From contig JAHDSQ010000006.1 in assembly GCA_018432615.1 (NCBI GenBank), forward strand, positions 18,432-82,431: a DNA stretch of 64,000 nucleotides, given 5' to 3'. The notes beneath the pieces are model-generated. The model saw nothing but the letters and a program-made list of their open reading frames with translations, was not told the DNA's origin and did no database searches. This DNA is from Clostridia bacterium (lineage in GTDB: Bacteria; Bacillota; Peptococcia; DRI-13; SM3-B62). Below are positions 27,183 through 36,786 of this stretch, piece after piece (the first letter of the stretch is position 1; each line of letters opens with the position of its first letter). The translations under genes and the position numbers were made by a program.

Positions 27183-28463
27183 ATGGCCAAGGTAGTAATA
27201 ATTGGCGGGGGATGGTCGGGTTGCGCGGCCGCTATTTCAGCTAAAAAAGCCGGTGCCGATGTGACGGTTCTGGAAAAGACCGACCTGCTTTTAGGCCTGG
27301 GTAATGTCGGAGGAATAATGAGGAATAATGGCAGGTATACGGCTGCCGAAGAGATTTGTTTTTTGGGTGCTCGGGAATTGATTGATATCACGGATCAGGT
27401 GGCACGGCATAAAAACATAGATTTCCCCGGGCATCAGCACGCCAGCCTTTATGACGTGATAAAGGTCGAGCCAATTGTTCGCAAGAAGTTGAGGGAAATG
27501 GGAATCGATATATTGTTTGAAACAAGAGCTATTGATGTAAGGATGACTTGTTCAGGGATTACAGGTGTTTTGACAGCCGGCGAGGAATGGATTGAAGGTG
27601 ATGTATTCATCGAGACAACGGGTTCCACAGGTCCGATGGGGAACTGCCTGCGCTATGGAAATGGTTGTTCGATGTGTATTTTGCGTTGTCCGGCCTTTGG
27701 ACCTCGTGTCAGCATTAGTCAAAGAGCCGGAGTAGAGGACATCTTAGGACAAAGAGGAGACGATTCTTACGGGGCAATGAGCGGTTCATGCAAATTAAAC
27801 AAGGAATCTTTGAGCAAGGAGCTGGTCGATAAGCTTAATGAAAAAGGGGTCTTGGTGCTGCCGGTTCCGCCCGAGGATGTCAATATGGGGAAGTTGGAAT
27901 TAAAAGTGTGTCAACAATACGCTTTGAAGGAATATGCAGAAAACCTGGTTCTTTTAGATACGGGATATGTCAAACTAATGACTTCGTTTTATCCTCTAGA
28001 GAAGCTAAGGAGAATACCGGGTTTGGAATACGCGCGCTATGACGATCCATATGCGGGGGGAAAAGGCAACTCCATACGTTACCTTTCCATGGCGCCTCGG
28101 AGCAATACGTTGAAGGTCAAGGGACTTTCCAACTTGCTGTGCGCAGGGGAAAAAGCCGGGCTTTTTGTCGGACATACAGAGGCTATAGCCACGGGTAGTT
28201 TAGCCGGACACAACAGTGTCAGACTCTATTTAGGAATGCCTCTCCTTGAATTGCCGCGGTCTACAGCCGTAGGTGACATTATTGCTTACACAAATGAAAT
28301 GACAAGGGATCCTGAAGGAATAAAAAATAGGTATACTTTTTCCGGAGGAAAATATTTTGCCCGTATGAAAGAAAGAGGCTTATATACTATAAACATTGAG
28401 CTAATAAAAAAACGGATCGACAGGATGGGAATGCTGAACATTTATGACGAAAAGTTGATATGA
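27183..28463 (+). CDS. FAD-dependent oxidoreductase (GidA/TrmFO-like dinucleotide-binding N-terminus) with internal Cys cluster
   Basis: The Rossmann motif is VVIIGGGWSGCAAAISAKKAG. The Cys cluster is GNCLRYGNGCSMCILRCPAFG. It lies 7 nt after the preceding gene. Confidence 0.7.
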   Translation: MAKVVIIGGGWSGCAAAISAKKAGADVTVLEKTDLLLGLGNVGGIMRNNGRYTAAEEICFLGARELIDITDQVARHKNIDFPGHQHASLYDVIKVEPIVRKKLREMGIDILFETRAIDVRMTCSGITGVLTAGEEWIEGDVFIETTGSTGPMGNCLRYGNGCSMCILRCPAFGPRVSISQRAGVEDILGQRGDDSYGAMSGSCKLNKESLSKELVDKLNEKGVLVLPVPPEDVNMGKLELKVCQQYALKEYAENLVLLDTGYVKLMTSFYPLEKLRRIPGLEYARYDDPYAGGKGNSIRYLSMAPRSNTLKVKGLSNLLCAGEKAGLFVGHTEAIATGSLAGHNSVRLYLGMPLLELPRSTAVGDIIAYTNEMTRDPEGIKNRYTFSGGKYFARMKERGLYTINIELIKKRIDRMGMLNIYDEKLI

Positions 28464-28561
28464 AATGATAGCGGGTAATAGCAGGGACAGAGGATGATAA
28501 TAATAGTTTCAGCCGGGTTTTCAGGAAATAGGGGGTGAGAAGCAGAGTGAAGGGTAAAAAA

Positions 28562-28753
28562 ATGAAGGTAAAAAGCGAAAAGACCCTGACGGAACAAGAA
28601 CTATTAAAGTATGAAATCGCCAAAGAATTAGGCTTGTGGGAGAAGATACAAAAGCATGGCTGGGGAGAGTTGACTGCGGAGGAATCCGGAAGGATCGGAG
28701 GGCTAATGGCTAGGAGAAAAAAGAATGCTGTTCTACTACACGATGACCGATAA
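28562..28753 (+). CDS. Alpha/beta-type small acid-soluble spore protein
   Basis: LLKYEIAKELGL ... LTAEESGRIGGLMARR matches the two conserved SASP alpha/beta blocks. The start is uncertain (ATG 28562 vs upstream GTGs at 28535 and 28547). Confidence 0.8.
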   Translation: MKVKSEKTLTEQELLKYEIAKELGLWEKIQKHGWGELTAEESGRIGGLMARRKKNAVLLHDDR

Positions 28754-28846
28754 AAAAGAATATTGTAACAGGCTGGACGATTTGATATACTGTTCTTGAT
28801 AGTAGAAATCGAGTAACAGGAAAAAGAGACGAGAGGTATTGGTGAA

Positions 28847-30157
28847 ATGGGAACCGACCTGACAAAGCATGAACAGATAATAAGGCATATTAAATCGTTG
28901 AATGTTAATACTAAGGTTTCTGTCCGTCAAATTGCCAGGGAACTTGAGGTCAGTGAAGGTACTGCTTATCGTGCTATTAAAGGTGCCGAGTCCCAAGGGC
29001 TGGTAAGTTCGATTCCCAAAGTTGGGACAATTAGGATACAGTCAGAAGAGGAAAGAGAAATAGAAGATCTGACGCTGCGGGAGATTGCCAGGATAGTTGA
29101 CGGTGAGATATTGACCGGGGAGGATTGTTTAGATATTGTTCCTTCCCGTTTTGTTGTAGGCAGTAACAGCGTTGGTGTATTAAAGAAGTATTTGAGCGGT
29201 GATGCCCTTTTAATAGTTGGGGATATTTATGAATTGCAGGTGCTGGCGGTTGAAAGGAACACCCATTTGTTTATTGCAGGGGCTTTTAAAATCTCTCAGG
29301 ATGTCATTGATGCCGCCCAAAGAAGGGGCTTAGTCATTATCTCCTCACCTTATGATACTTTTGAAGCGGTTTCCGTACTCAGCCGTTCGCTTTATGAACG
29401 TTTGACGGAAAAGGAACTGCTGCTCGTGGAAGATATCATGGTGACCAATGTTCATTATCTTACAGCCGACGATACCGTGGAAGATTGGCATCGCTTGTCT
29501 CAACAAACAGGGCACAGTCGTTTTCCTGTAGTAGACCAGAATATGATGGTGGTCGGTATCATAACGGCTGTGGATGTAGCAGGGATGGACAAGGATACCA
29601 GTGTCTTGTCGTTAATGACTTCCGATGTGCTTAAAGTTGAGGCCCGGATGTTGGTTACGCATTTATCCCGAGTTTTATTATGGGAAGGCTTTGAACTCGT
29701 GCCGATAGTTAAAAAAGGACGTTTGATTGGCGTGGTGAGCCGTCAGGATATCTTGCAGGCTTTTCAACAAATGCAAAAGCAGCCTCAAGTGGGAGAGACT
29801 ATTGATAACCTGGTGATGAGCGGCTTTAAACTGGAAAAGTGGGAGGAAGGTACCCGGTTGACAGGTGAGATAACTCAGTTTATGATAAATGAATACGGTT
29901 CGGCGAGTCCGGGCGTGATAGCTATGATCTTAACAACGACAGCATATATTGCGGTAAGAAAGCAATTAAAGATGGATACCTTCGTAAATGAAATGACTAT
30001 GTATCATATGGAACCTTTGGAAGTAGGCGGTAAAGTGGATGCCTACGCAAGAATAATCAATTATGAGAAGAAGTCGTGCGTGGTGGACTTAAACGTATAT
30101 TGTAACAGCAAGTTAAAGGTTAAAGGAATTTTAAGCTTGAGATTTGTTAAGAAATAG
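28847..30157 (+). CDS. wHTH-DRTGG-CBS pair-thioesterase-like regulator (YtoI-like)
   Basis: The N-terminal HTH is VSVRQIARELEVSEGTAYRAIK. A DRTGG-like segment (LLIVGD...LFIAG) follows, then two CBS repeats and a hotdog-like C-terminus. Confidence 0.7.
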   Translation: MGTDLTKHEQIIRHIKSLNVNTKVSVRQIARELEVSEGTAYRAIKGAESQGLVSSIPKVGTIRIQSEEEREIEDLTLREIARIVDGEILTGEDCLDIVPSRFVVGSNSVGVLKKYLSGDALLIVGDIYELQVLAVERNTHLFIAGAFKISQDVIDAAQRRGLVIISSPYDTFEAVSVLSRSLYERLTEKELLLVEDIMVTNVHYLTADDTVEDWHRLSQQTGHSRFPVVDQNMMVVGIITAVDVAGMDKDTSVLSLMTSDVLKVEARMLVTHLSRVLLWEGFELVPIVKKGRLIGVVSRQDILQAFQQMQKQPQVGETIDNLVMSGFKLEKWEEGTRLTGEITQFMINEYGSASPGVIAMILTTTAYIAVRKQLKMDTFVNEMTMYHMEPLEVGGKVDAYARIINYEKKSCVVDLNVYCNSKLKVKGILSLRFVKK

Positions 30158-30183
30158 CCGCACATATGGTGTGTTTTATTTAT

Positions 30184-30209
30184 AGGCCTTAACAGGCCTC
30201 CTTTTTTTT
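30184..30209 (+). terminator. Weak terminator (5-bp stem AGGCC/GGCCT + T8)
   Basis: The stem is short but is followed by CCTTTTTTTT. Confidence 0.45.
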
Positions 30210-30379
30210 GCAGTTATACTTGTGGTGGTGCGAACATAAAGCATATTTAAAAAATTCAGATTAAAAGATAAAAAAAATAAAGAAAATAATTCATCTATGG
30301 GAAAAATATTGTGGTAAAATAAACGAAGCAATTAAAATATAAAAATTTAGGACTAATGTCAGAAGGAGGAGGGAAAAAG

Positions 30380-32104
30380 GTGTTAGGTAGAATGAGGACA
30401 ACAACCAAGATATGGGCATTCTCAACAATCGTCATTATTATAGTTTGTTCACTGGGTTATTTTGCTTATACCCTAAACGAAAGAGCGAATGGGCGGGTAA
30501 CCTTTATGTATGAAGAATGTCTAAAGCCGATAGAGTTGATTAACGATATGCGAGCTCAGGAGGCAGGAAATGAGGCAAATCTGTCACAGATTGTTATGCA
30601 CGCCCTGCAGGGCAACCAGGCCTCGCAGAGGAGTGCATCAACGGATATTGTAGAACGCAATAATATAACACAAGAAGATATCAATAAATTGGAGGAGATG
30701 AACCTCAATGAAGACCAACTGACGGTACTTGGGTCAGTGAAGAGCTCCCGGTCAAATATTATAGAACGGCGCAATAAGGTAGTTGCTTTGGCCAAAGATC
30801 TTAAAGCCGAAGAAGCATATCAAGAGTACATACAAGTAAGGGCTATGATGGACGGATACCATAGCAATCTAAATTATTTGGCCGGAATGCTCAGTAAGGA
30901 AGTTGAGGAAATCAATCAAAATAACGTGGAAGAGGCGGCCCTTGCGATGACGGTGTTGACCGCTATAATAGGTGCGGCAATATTACTTACTTTATTAATG
31001 TCCATTATGATCATTAGAGCAATTGTTGACCCTCTGAAGGGATGCACGAAACAGTTGGGGTTAATTGCCGCAGGTGATTATAGAACGCGTATGAAGGATA
31101 AATATTTAAAAAGAAAAGATGAAATGGGTGAGATTGCACGTTCCGTTGACGGTGTACAGCAGGCGGTCAAAGATATTCTGGTTAGGGTCGCAAACGTTGC
31201 CGGTGAGTTGAGTGCCAGCAGCGAACAACTAAATGATACTACCCAAAAAGTTGCTGTGAATATGCGAGGTGTTTCACTTGCTACTGACGAAATTTCCTCC
31301 GGTATTGAGGAAGTTTCGGCTTCGACCGAAGAAATATCGGCTTCCAGTGAAGAGATGAATGCCTCTGTGAGCAGTTTGAACGAAAAACTTTTGGAAACCA
31401 GCGAAAATGCTAAGAAGGTTGAAGAAAAAGCGGTGAAGGTACATAAGGAAATAGTTCAAGCACAGCAGAACAGTCAAGAGGTGGCCAATACACTTGATAC
31501 AAAGATGAAAGAAGCCATCAAGAAAGCAGAAATAGTTAAGGAAATTTCTGAAATGGCCGATTTGATTTCAGGTGTTGCCGAGCAGACGAATCTACTGGCT
31601 TTAAACGCAGCTATTGAAGCGGCTAGAGCGGGCGAGCACGGACGTGGTTTTGCTGTTGTTGCCGAGGAGGTACGAACCCTTGCGGAAGAATCATCTAATA
31701 CGGTGGTAAAAATCAAGGATTTAACGTCTCAAGTACAGGCGACGATTTCCGTGTTAATCGAAGATGTGCAAAAAATGCTCGAATTCATGAACACTGATGT
31801 GGAAAAAGATTATAGAGGGTATCTTGAATTAGCCGATAAATACAAGCAAGATGCCAACAACTATTATGAAACGACTTATGGGGCATCACAGATGGTAAAT
31901 GAAGTATTGAATGCGGTCACAGAGGTAAGCAGCGCTATTACGGAAATCACGGCGAGTATCAGTCAAAGTGCGGAGGGGATACAGTTAATAGCCAAGGATG
32001 CCAAGGAAACCGATGAAAATGTTGAAAATGTGAATCGAGCTTCTGAGAAGTTGACAAGAATTGCCGAGGAACTGGTAGAGATAAAGCAAAAGTTTCAAAT
32101 CTGA
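30380..32104 (+). CDS. Methyl-accepting chemotaxis protein (TM-sensor-TM-HAMP-MA domain)
   Basis: It has the highly conserved signalling hairpin EQTNLLALNAAIEAARAGEHGRGFAVVAEEVRTLAEES. The GTG at 30380 (9 nt after AGGAGGA) is preferred over the track ATG at 30356. Confidence 0.9.
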   Translation: MLGRMRTTTKIWAFSTIVIIIVCSLGYFAYTLNERANGRVTFMYEECLKPIELINDMRAQEAGNEANLSQIVMHALQGNQASQRSASTDIVERNNITQEDINKLEEMNLNEDQLTVLGSVKSSRSNIIERRNKVVALAKDLKAEEAYQEYIQVRAMMDGYHSNLNYLAGMLSKEVEEINQNNVEEAALAMTVLTAIIGAAILLTLLMSIMIIRAIVDPLKGCTKQLGLIAAGDYRTRMKDKYLKRKDEMGEIARSVDGVQQAVKDILVRVANVAGELSASSEQLNDTTQKVAVNMRGVSLATDEISSGIEEVSASTEEISASSEEMNASVSSLNEKLLETSENAKKVEEKAVKVHKEIVQAQQNSQEVANTLDTKMKEAIKKAEIVKEISEMADLISGVAEQTNLLALNAAIEAARAGEHGRGFAVVAEEVRTLAEESSNTVVKIKDLTSQVQATISVLIEDVQKMLEFMNTDVEKDYRGYLELADKYKQDANNYYETTYGASQMVNEVLNAVTEVSSAITEITASISQSAEGIQLIAKDAKETDENVENVNRASEKLTRIAEELVEIKQKFQI

Positions 32105-32120
32105 TTTGTTTTTTAAACGA

Positions 32121-32164
32121 AACAGGCGGAAGGCTGCGGTGGGGCGGCTTTCCGCCTGTTTTAT
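32121..32164 (+). terminator. Rho-independent terminator after the MCP gene
   Basis: An 11-bp stem (AACAGGCGGAA / TTCCGCCTGTT) is followed by TTTT. Confidence 0.8.
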
Positions 32165-32254
32165 CCTTTACCCCGGTACGACTTCCACTAGAATATTAGT
32201 TTGAATCTGGTACAATTAAAGGTGAGTAAGATTGGAAGGATTGAGGGATAAACG

Positions 32255-35200
32255 ATGGGGTTTGTTCATTTGCATGTACATACTTGTTATAGTCTGTTGG
32301 ACGGAGCTGTTAAGATACCTGACTTGATCAGGCAAACGAAAGAGTTGGGGATGGAGGCCGTTGCTATTACCGACCACGGTGCCATGTACGGCGTTGTGGA
32401 GTTTTATAAAGAAGCAAAAAAGGCGGGAGTAAAGCCGATAATTGGCTGTGAAGTGTACGTTGCCCCCCGTTCGCTACGGGATAAGGCAGCGGGAAAGGAT
32501 GATTCACCGTATCATTTGGTTCTGCTGGCAGAAAACGAAGAAGGTTATCGCAACCTTCTTAAGATCGTGTCGGTTTCTTGGTTGGAAGGATTTTATTACA
32601 AGCCCCGAGTTGATAGGGAGCTTTTACGTAAATACAGTGCAGGTCTGATTGCCCTGTCTGCCTGTCTGGCCGGGGAAATACCGACTCTGCTGTTGCAGGG
32701 GAAAGAGGATGAGGCCTATCAGACAGCGCTCTTATATCGGGAAATGTTCGGAAGTGAAAATTTTTTCTTGGAGTTGCAGGACCATCACCTGGCAGAACAG
32801 CGGTTAGTCAATGTCAAATTGCTTTCCCTGGCAGAAAAAAGCGGGATTCCTTTGGTTGCCAGCAATGATGTCCATTATCTGACAAAAAGCGATGCCTTTG
32901 TGCAGGATGTTATGCTTTGTATTCAGACCGGCAAGACTTTAAAGGATCAAGAAAGAATGAAGTTCGGCTCGGACGAGTTTTACTTAAAATCGGAACAGGA
33001 AATAAGGCTTCTTTTCGGTGATTATCCGGAGGCACTGGCCAATACGGAAAGAATCGCCGAACGATGTACTGTGGATTTCACCTTTGGAGAAAACCACCTG
33101 CCCTTTTACGAGGTGCCCGACGGTTTTACGGTTGACACTTATCTTGAGGAACTTTGCCGGATTGGACTGAAAAAGAGGTATTCTCAGCTTACGGCGACCC
33201 ATGAGGAGAGGTTGAACTTTGAGCTTTCCGTTATCAAAAAAATGGACTACAGCAGTTACTTTCTCATTGTCTGGGATTTTATCAAATATGCCAAGCAAGA
33301 AGGCATCTTTGTCGGACCGGGCAGGGGTTCGGCCGCCGGCAGTCTTGTATCCTATTGTCTGGAGATTACCGATATTGATCCTTTGAAGTATGATCTTCTT
33401 TTTGAAAGGTTTTTAAATCCGGAAAGAGTCAGCATGCCGGATATTGACATCGACTTTTGTTATGAGCGCAGAGGCGAAGTGATAGAGTACGTTGTGGAGA
33501 AATACGGTCACGACAGGGTCGCACAAATCATCACTTTCGGTACGATGGCTGCACGTATAGCCATTCGTGATACCGGACGGGTAATGGGAGTGCCTCTTTC
33601 ACTAGTGGACAAGGTTGCTAAACTGGTGCCGGGGGAGCCGGGTATGACGATAAAAAGGGCTTTAGAGGTTTCTCCCGAATTGGTCGGAATGATGAACAAT
33701 GACGAGACCGTCAAGGAGCTTCTTTCAGTAGCCCAGGCTTTGGAAGGGATGCCTCGTCATGCGGGAACACATGCCGCAGGGGTGGTTATTTCCCAAAAAC
33801 CGCTGGTAGAATATTTACCGTTGCAGAGAACATCGGAGGGATTTGTTTCTACTCAATTTGCCAAGGAAGCCGTGGAAGAAATAGGACTTTTGAAAATGGA
33901 CCTTTTGGGGTTACGAACCCTTACTGTCATAAATAACGCGGTAAGGCTTGTCGGAAACAGCAAGGGTGAGACGATAGATTTAAGCGAAATACCCCTGGAT
34001 GATGAAGATACTTACAAGTTGTTGTCTTTAGGCGACACCATCGGTGTGTTCCAATTAGAAAGTGTAGGTTTGAGAGGTATCCTGCGGGAATTGAAACCCC
34101 AGACCTTTGAGGATATAATTGCGCTGGTTGCTCTCTATCGTCCGGGGCCCTTAGGCAGCGGTATGATAGAGGATTTTATCAAGCGCAGGCACGGCGAGGT
34201 GGCGATTTCATATCTTCATCCTGTTTTGGAGCCGATCCTTAAACCCACTTATGGGGTAATCATTTACCAGGAACAGGTCATGCGTATTGCAAGTGAGCTG
34301 GCCGGGTTTACGCTGGGAGAGGCAGATCTTTTGCGCCGTGCCATGGGAAAAAAGAAGCCGGAGATAATATCCGGGCTACGTAAACAGTTTATCGAAGGGG
34401 CCGAAAAAAACGAGATCGAAGAAAATACTGCCGCCAAAATATTTGATCTGATGGAATATTTTGCGGGCTATGGTTTTAACAAGAGTCATTCCGCCGCTTA
34501 TGCTCTTTTGGCTTATCAAACGGCGTATCTTAAGGCGCATTACCCCGTTGAATTCATGGCAGCCTTATTAACAAGCGTGATAGAAACCAAGGATAAAGTT
34601 CCCTTTTACATTGAAGAGTGCCGGCAGAATAAAATCAATATTTTATCGCCCGACGTTAATGAGAGCGGAGAAAGCTTCTTAGTCAGCGGGAACAGCATCC
34701 GTTTTGGCTTGGCGGCTATCAAACAGGTTGGTCACCAGGCGATTGAAGCGATTATTACGGAGCGGGAAAAAGAAAGGTTTTCTTCCCTGCAGGATTTTTG
34801 CGCCAGGGTGGATTTGGGACAGGTCAACAGAAGGGTCATAGAGAACCTAATTAAGGCCGGGGCCTTTGGAGAGATACATGCCTCCCGAGCCCAGTTGTTA
34901 CAGGTGTCACATGCCTGTATTGAGTTGGGAATAGCCCGGCAGGAAAGGGAGAATTCCAAACAACTTTCCTTGTTTGATTTGACGGGAAGTGGTGTAATAA
35001 ATGATCCGCCAATATCAATGCCTGATGTGCGAGAGTACACAAAAAAAGAAATATTGCAAATGGAAAAGGAAACACTGGGTCTTTACCTAAGTGGGCATCC
35101 CTTGGATGAATACAAGGAAGTCATCAGGGAATGTAGCAGCCATACTGTGGAAGGGTTGTCTCAGGTCAGTGATTCCGAGAAGGTTATTCTGGCAGGACTG

Positions 35201-35686
35201 GTCACAGCCTTAAAGCGCAGTGTGACAAAAAGAGGAGAAACCATGGCCTATTTCGTTTTAGAAGATTTGACCGGCAGTGTTGATGCTCTGGTGTTTCCTA
35301 GAACTCTGCCACAATACAACAACTATCTGCAAAATGATTTACCGGTAATTGTAACAGGCAGAGTAAACCGGCAGGAGGAAAAAGTCAAGCTGTTTGTGGA
35401 GAAAATGGGTATGCTGGAGGCAAAAGCAGTAAAGCATAACAGAGAGACTCTTTATTTAAAAATGCCTTTGTATGAAGAAGATAGAACGTTAAACGGGCTT
35501 TTGAAAATATTAAACGAGTATCCCGGGGATACACCCTTGTACCTTTTTTATCCCGGCGAGAAAAAATTGATTGCCTCTGATAGGGGAAATTGGGTTACTA
35601 TTACCCCGCAGCTGCTGGCAGAACTTGAAGAGTATCTGGGAAAGGAAGCGGTGAGCATTAAGAAGGCTAAAAACCTGCTATTTTAA
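32255..35686 (+). CDS. dnaE: DNA polymerase III alpha subunit (DnaE type)
   Basis: 1143 aa. The PHP domain is FVHLHVHTCYSLLDGA. The polymerase core is PDIDIDF ... GLLKMDLLGLRTL ... FNKSHSAAYA. An OB-fold C-terminus follows. Confidence 0.97.
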   Translation: MGFVHLHVHTCYSLLDGAVKIPDLIRQTKELGMEAVAITDHGAMYGVVEFYKEAKKAGVKPIIGCEVYVAPRSLRDKAAGKDDSPYHLVLLAENEEGYRNLLKIVSVSWLEGFYYKPRVDRELLRKYSAGLIALSACLAGEIPTLLLQGKEDEAYQTALLYREMFGSENFFLELQDHHLAEQRLVNVKLLSLAEKSGIPLVASNDVHYLTKSDAFVQDVMLCIQTGKTLKDQERMKFGSDEFYLKSEQEIRLLFGDYPEALANTERIAERCTVDFTFGENHLPFYEVPDGFTVDTYLEELCRIGLKKRYSQLTATHEERLNFELSVIKKMDYSSYFLIVWDFIKYAKQEGIFVGPGRGSAAGSLVSYCLEITDIDPLKYDLLFERFLNPERVSMPDIDIDFCYERRGEVIEYVVEKYGHDRVAQIITFGTMAARIAIRDTGRVMGVPLSLVDKVAKLVPGEPGMTIKRALEVSPELVGMMNNDETVKELLSVAQALEGMPRHAGTHAAGVVISQKPLVEYLPLQRTSEGFVSTQFAKEAVEEIGLLKMDLLGLRTLTVINNAVRLVGNSKGETIDLSEIPLDDEDTYKLLSLGDTIGVFQLESVGLRGILRELKPQTFEDIIALVALYRPGPLGSGMIEDFIKRRHGEVAISYLHPVLEPILKPTYGVIIYQEQVMRIASELAGFTLGEADLLRRAMGKKKPEIISGLRKQFIEGAEKNEIEENTAAKIFDLMEYFAGYGFNKSHSAAYALLAYQTAYLKAHYPVEFMAALLTSVIETKDKVPFYIEECRQNKINILSPDVNESGESFLVSGNSIRFGLAAIKQVGHQAIEAIITEREKERFSSLQDFCARVDLGQVNRRVIENLIKAGAFGEIHASRAQLLQVSHACIELGIARQERENSKQLSLFDLTGSGVINDPPISMPDVREYTKKEILQMEKETLGLYLSGHPLDEYKEVIRECSSHTVEGLSQVSDSEKVILAGLVTALKRSVTKRGETMAYFVLEDLTGSVDALVFPRTLPQYNNYLQNDLPVIVTGRVNRQEEKVKLFVEKMGMLEAKAVKHNRETLYLKMPLYEEDRTLNGLLKILNEYPGDTPLYLFYPGEKKLIASDRGNWVTITPQLLAELEEYLGKEAVSIKKAKNLLF

Positions 35687-35778
35687 TAATTAGGTAGTTT
35701 TTTCAGCGAGAAGGAGGATTATGCGGCAATGGTCGCGAAATAGCTGAGGGAAGGTAAGGAGATTATTGGAGGGGATAA

Positions 35779-36267
35779 GTGGTGCGTATTGCTGTTTATC
35801 CGGGTACTTTTGATCCTGTGACTAATGGACATATTGATATTTTGGAAAGGGCTAGCGGTTTGTTTGATGAGATTATTATCGGTATTGCCGAAGATAATTA
35901 CAAGAATACTCTCTTCACATTAGAAGAGAGGTTATACTTAATGAAGGAAAGCGTCGGTCATTTGAAGAATGTCAGTGTGGAGAGCTTTACGGGTTTATCT
36001 GTCGAGTACGCGGTGAAAAAAAATGCTCAGGCCCTGCTAAGGGGGTTGAGAGTCGTTTCCGACTTTGAGTATGAAATGCAGGTTGCAACGATAAACAAAC
36101 ATTTGAACGATGACTTGGAAACGGTATTTTTGATGACGTCCGATCGCTATGCTTTTTTGAGTTCCAGCATCGTCAAACAGGTAGCGAGTTTGGGCGGCAG
36201 GGTGACAGGATTAGTTCCCCCCCTGGTAGAAGAAAGTCTTAAGAGAAAATATGGTTTGTCAGACTAG
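35779..36267 (+). CDS. coaD: Phosphopantetheine adenylyltransferase
   Basis: It contains IAVYPGTFDPVTNGHIDI ... SSSIVKQV. Confidence 0.93.
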   Translation: MVRIAVYPGTFDPVTNGHIDILERASGLFDEIIIGIAEDNYKNTLFTLEERLYLMKESVGHLKNVSVESFTGLSVEYAVKKNAQALLRGLRVVSDFEYEMQVATINKHLNDDLETVFLMTSDRYAFLSSSIVKQVASLGGRVTGLVPPLVEESLKRKYGLSD

Positions 36268-36278
36268 GAGGGATATAA

Positions 36279-36512
36279 ATGACAGAAAATGGTTATCGCT
36301 CCCCGGATGATTATATCATCATCAAGGCCTTGGAAAAAGGCGTTACTATTATTGGTTTGACGAGGGGAAAGGATACAAAATTTCATCACTCCGAAAAGCT
36401 TGATACAGGTGAAGTGATGATAGCTCAATTTACCGAGCATACATCGGCTATTAAGATAAGAGGGAAGGCTCGTATCTATTCTAAGCATGGTTCGTTGGAT
36501 TCAGGGGAATAG
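36279..36512 (+). CDS. mtrB: trp RNA-binding attenuation protein TRAP
   Basis: 77 aa. [54 protein letters not shown] is near-colinear with B. subtilis MtrB ([53 protein letters not shown]). An AGGAGGG SD is present. Confidence 0.92.
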   Translation: MTENGYRSPDDYIIIKALEKGVTIIGLTRGKDTKFHHSEKLDTGEVMIAQFTEHTSAIKIRGKARIYSKHGSLDSGE

Positions 36513-36529
36513 GAAAGGAGGCCGTTTTA

Positions 36530-36733
36530 ATGTGGACCGTTGTTTATATTTGTTCCGGCAGAACATTGGCAGAACAGATAAAACAATTACTTTCTAGCGA
36601 AGGATTATTGGTGTCCTTACGTTCAGTAGGTGCTCCTCTCATGAGCGAAACGGGCTCTTATGAAGTGATGGTCCCTGAATTAGAGGCGGAAGAAGCTCAT
36701 GAAATAATTAACAATTCCCAGTTATTTGTCTAA
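36530..36733 (+). CDS. Small DUF2007-like (putative signal-transducing, ferredoxin-like fold) protein
   Basis: 67 aa. The pattern MWTVVY....AEQIKQLLSSEGLLVSLR ... YEVMVPELEAEEAHEII is typical of DUF2007. It lies 17 nt after mtrB with a GGAAAGGAGG SD. Confidence 0.6.
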   Translation: MWTVVYICSGRTLAEQIKQLLSSEGLLVSLRSVGAPLMSETGSYEVMVPELEAEEAHEIINNSQLFV

Positions 36734-36786
36734 ACATCAAAGTTGTTTACAGAAGACTGATATTTTGGTTCAGGAGGTGAAGGAGC

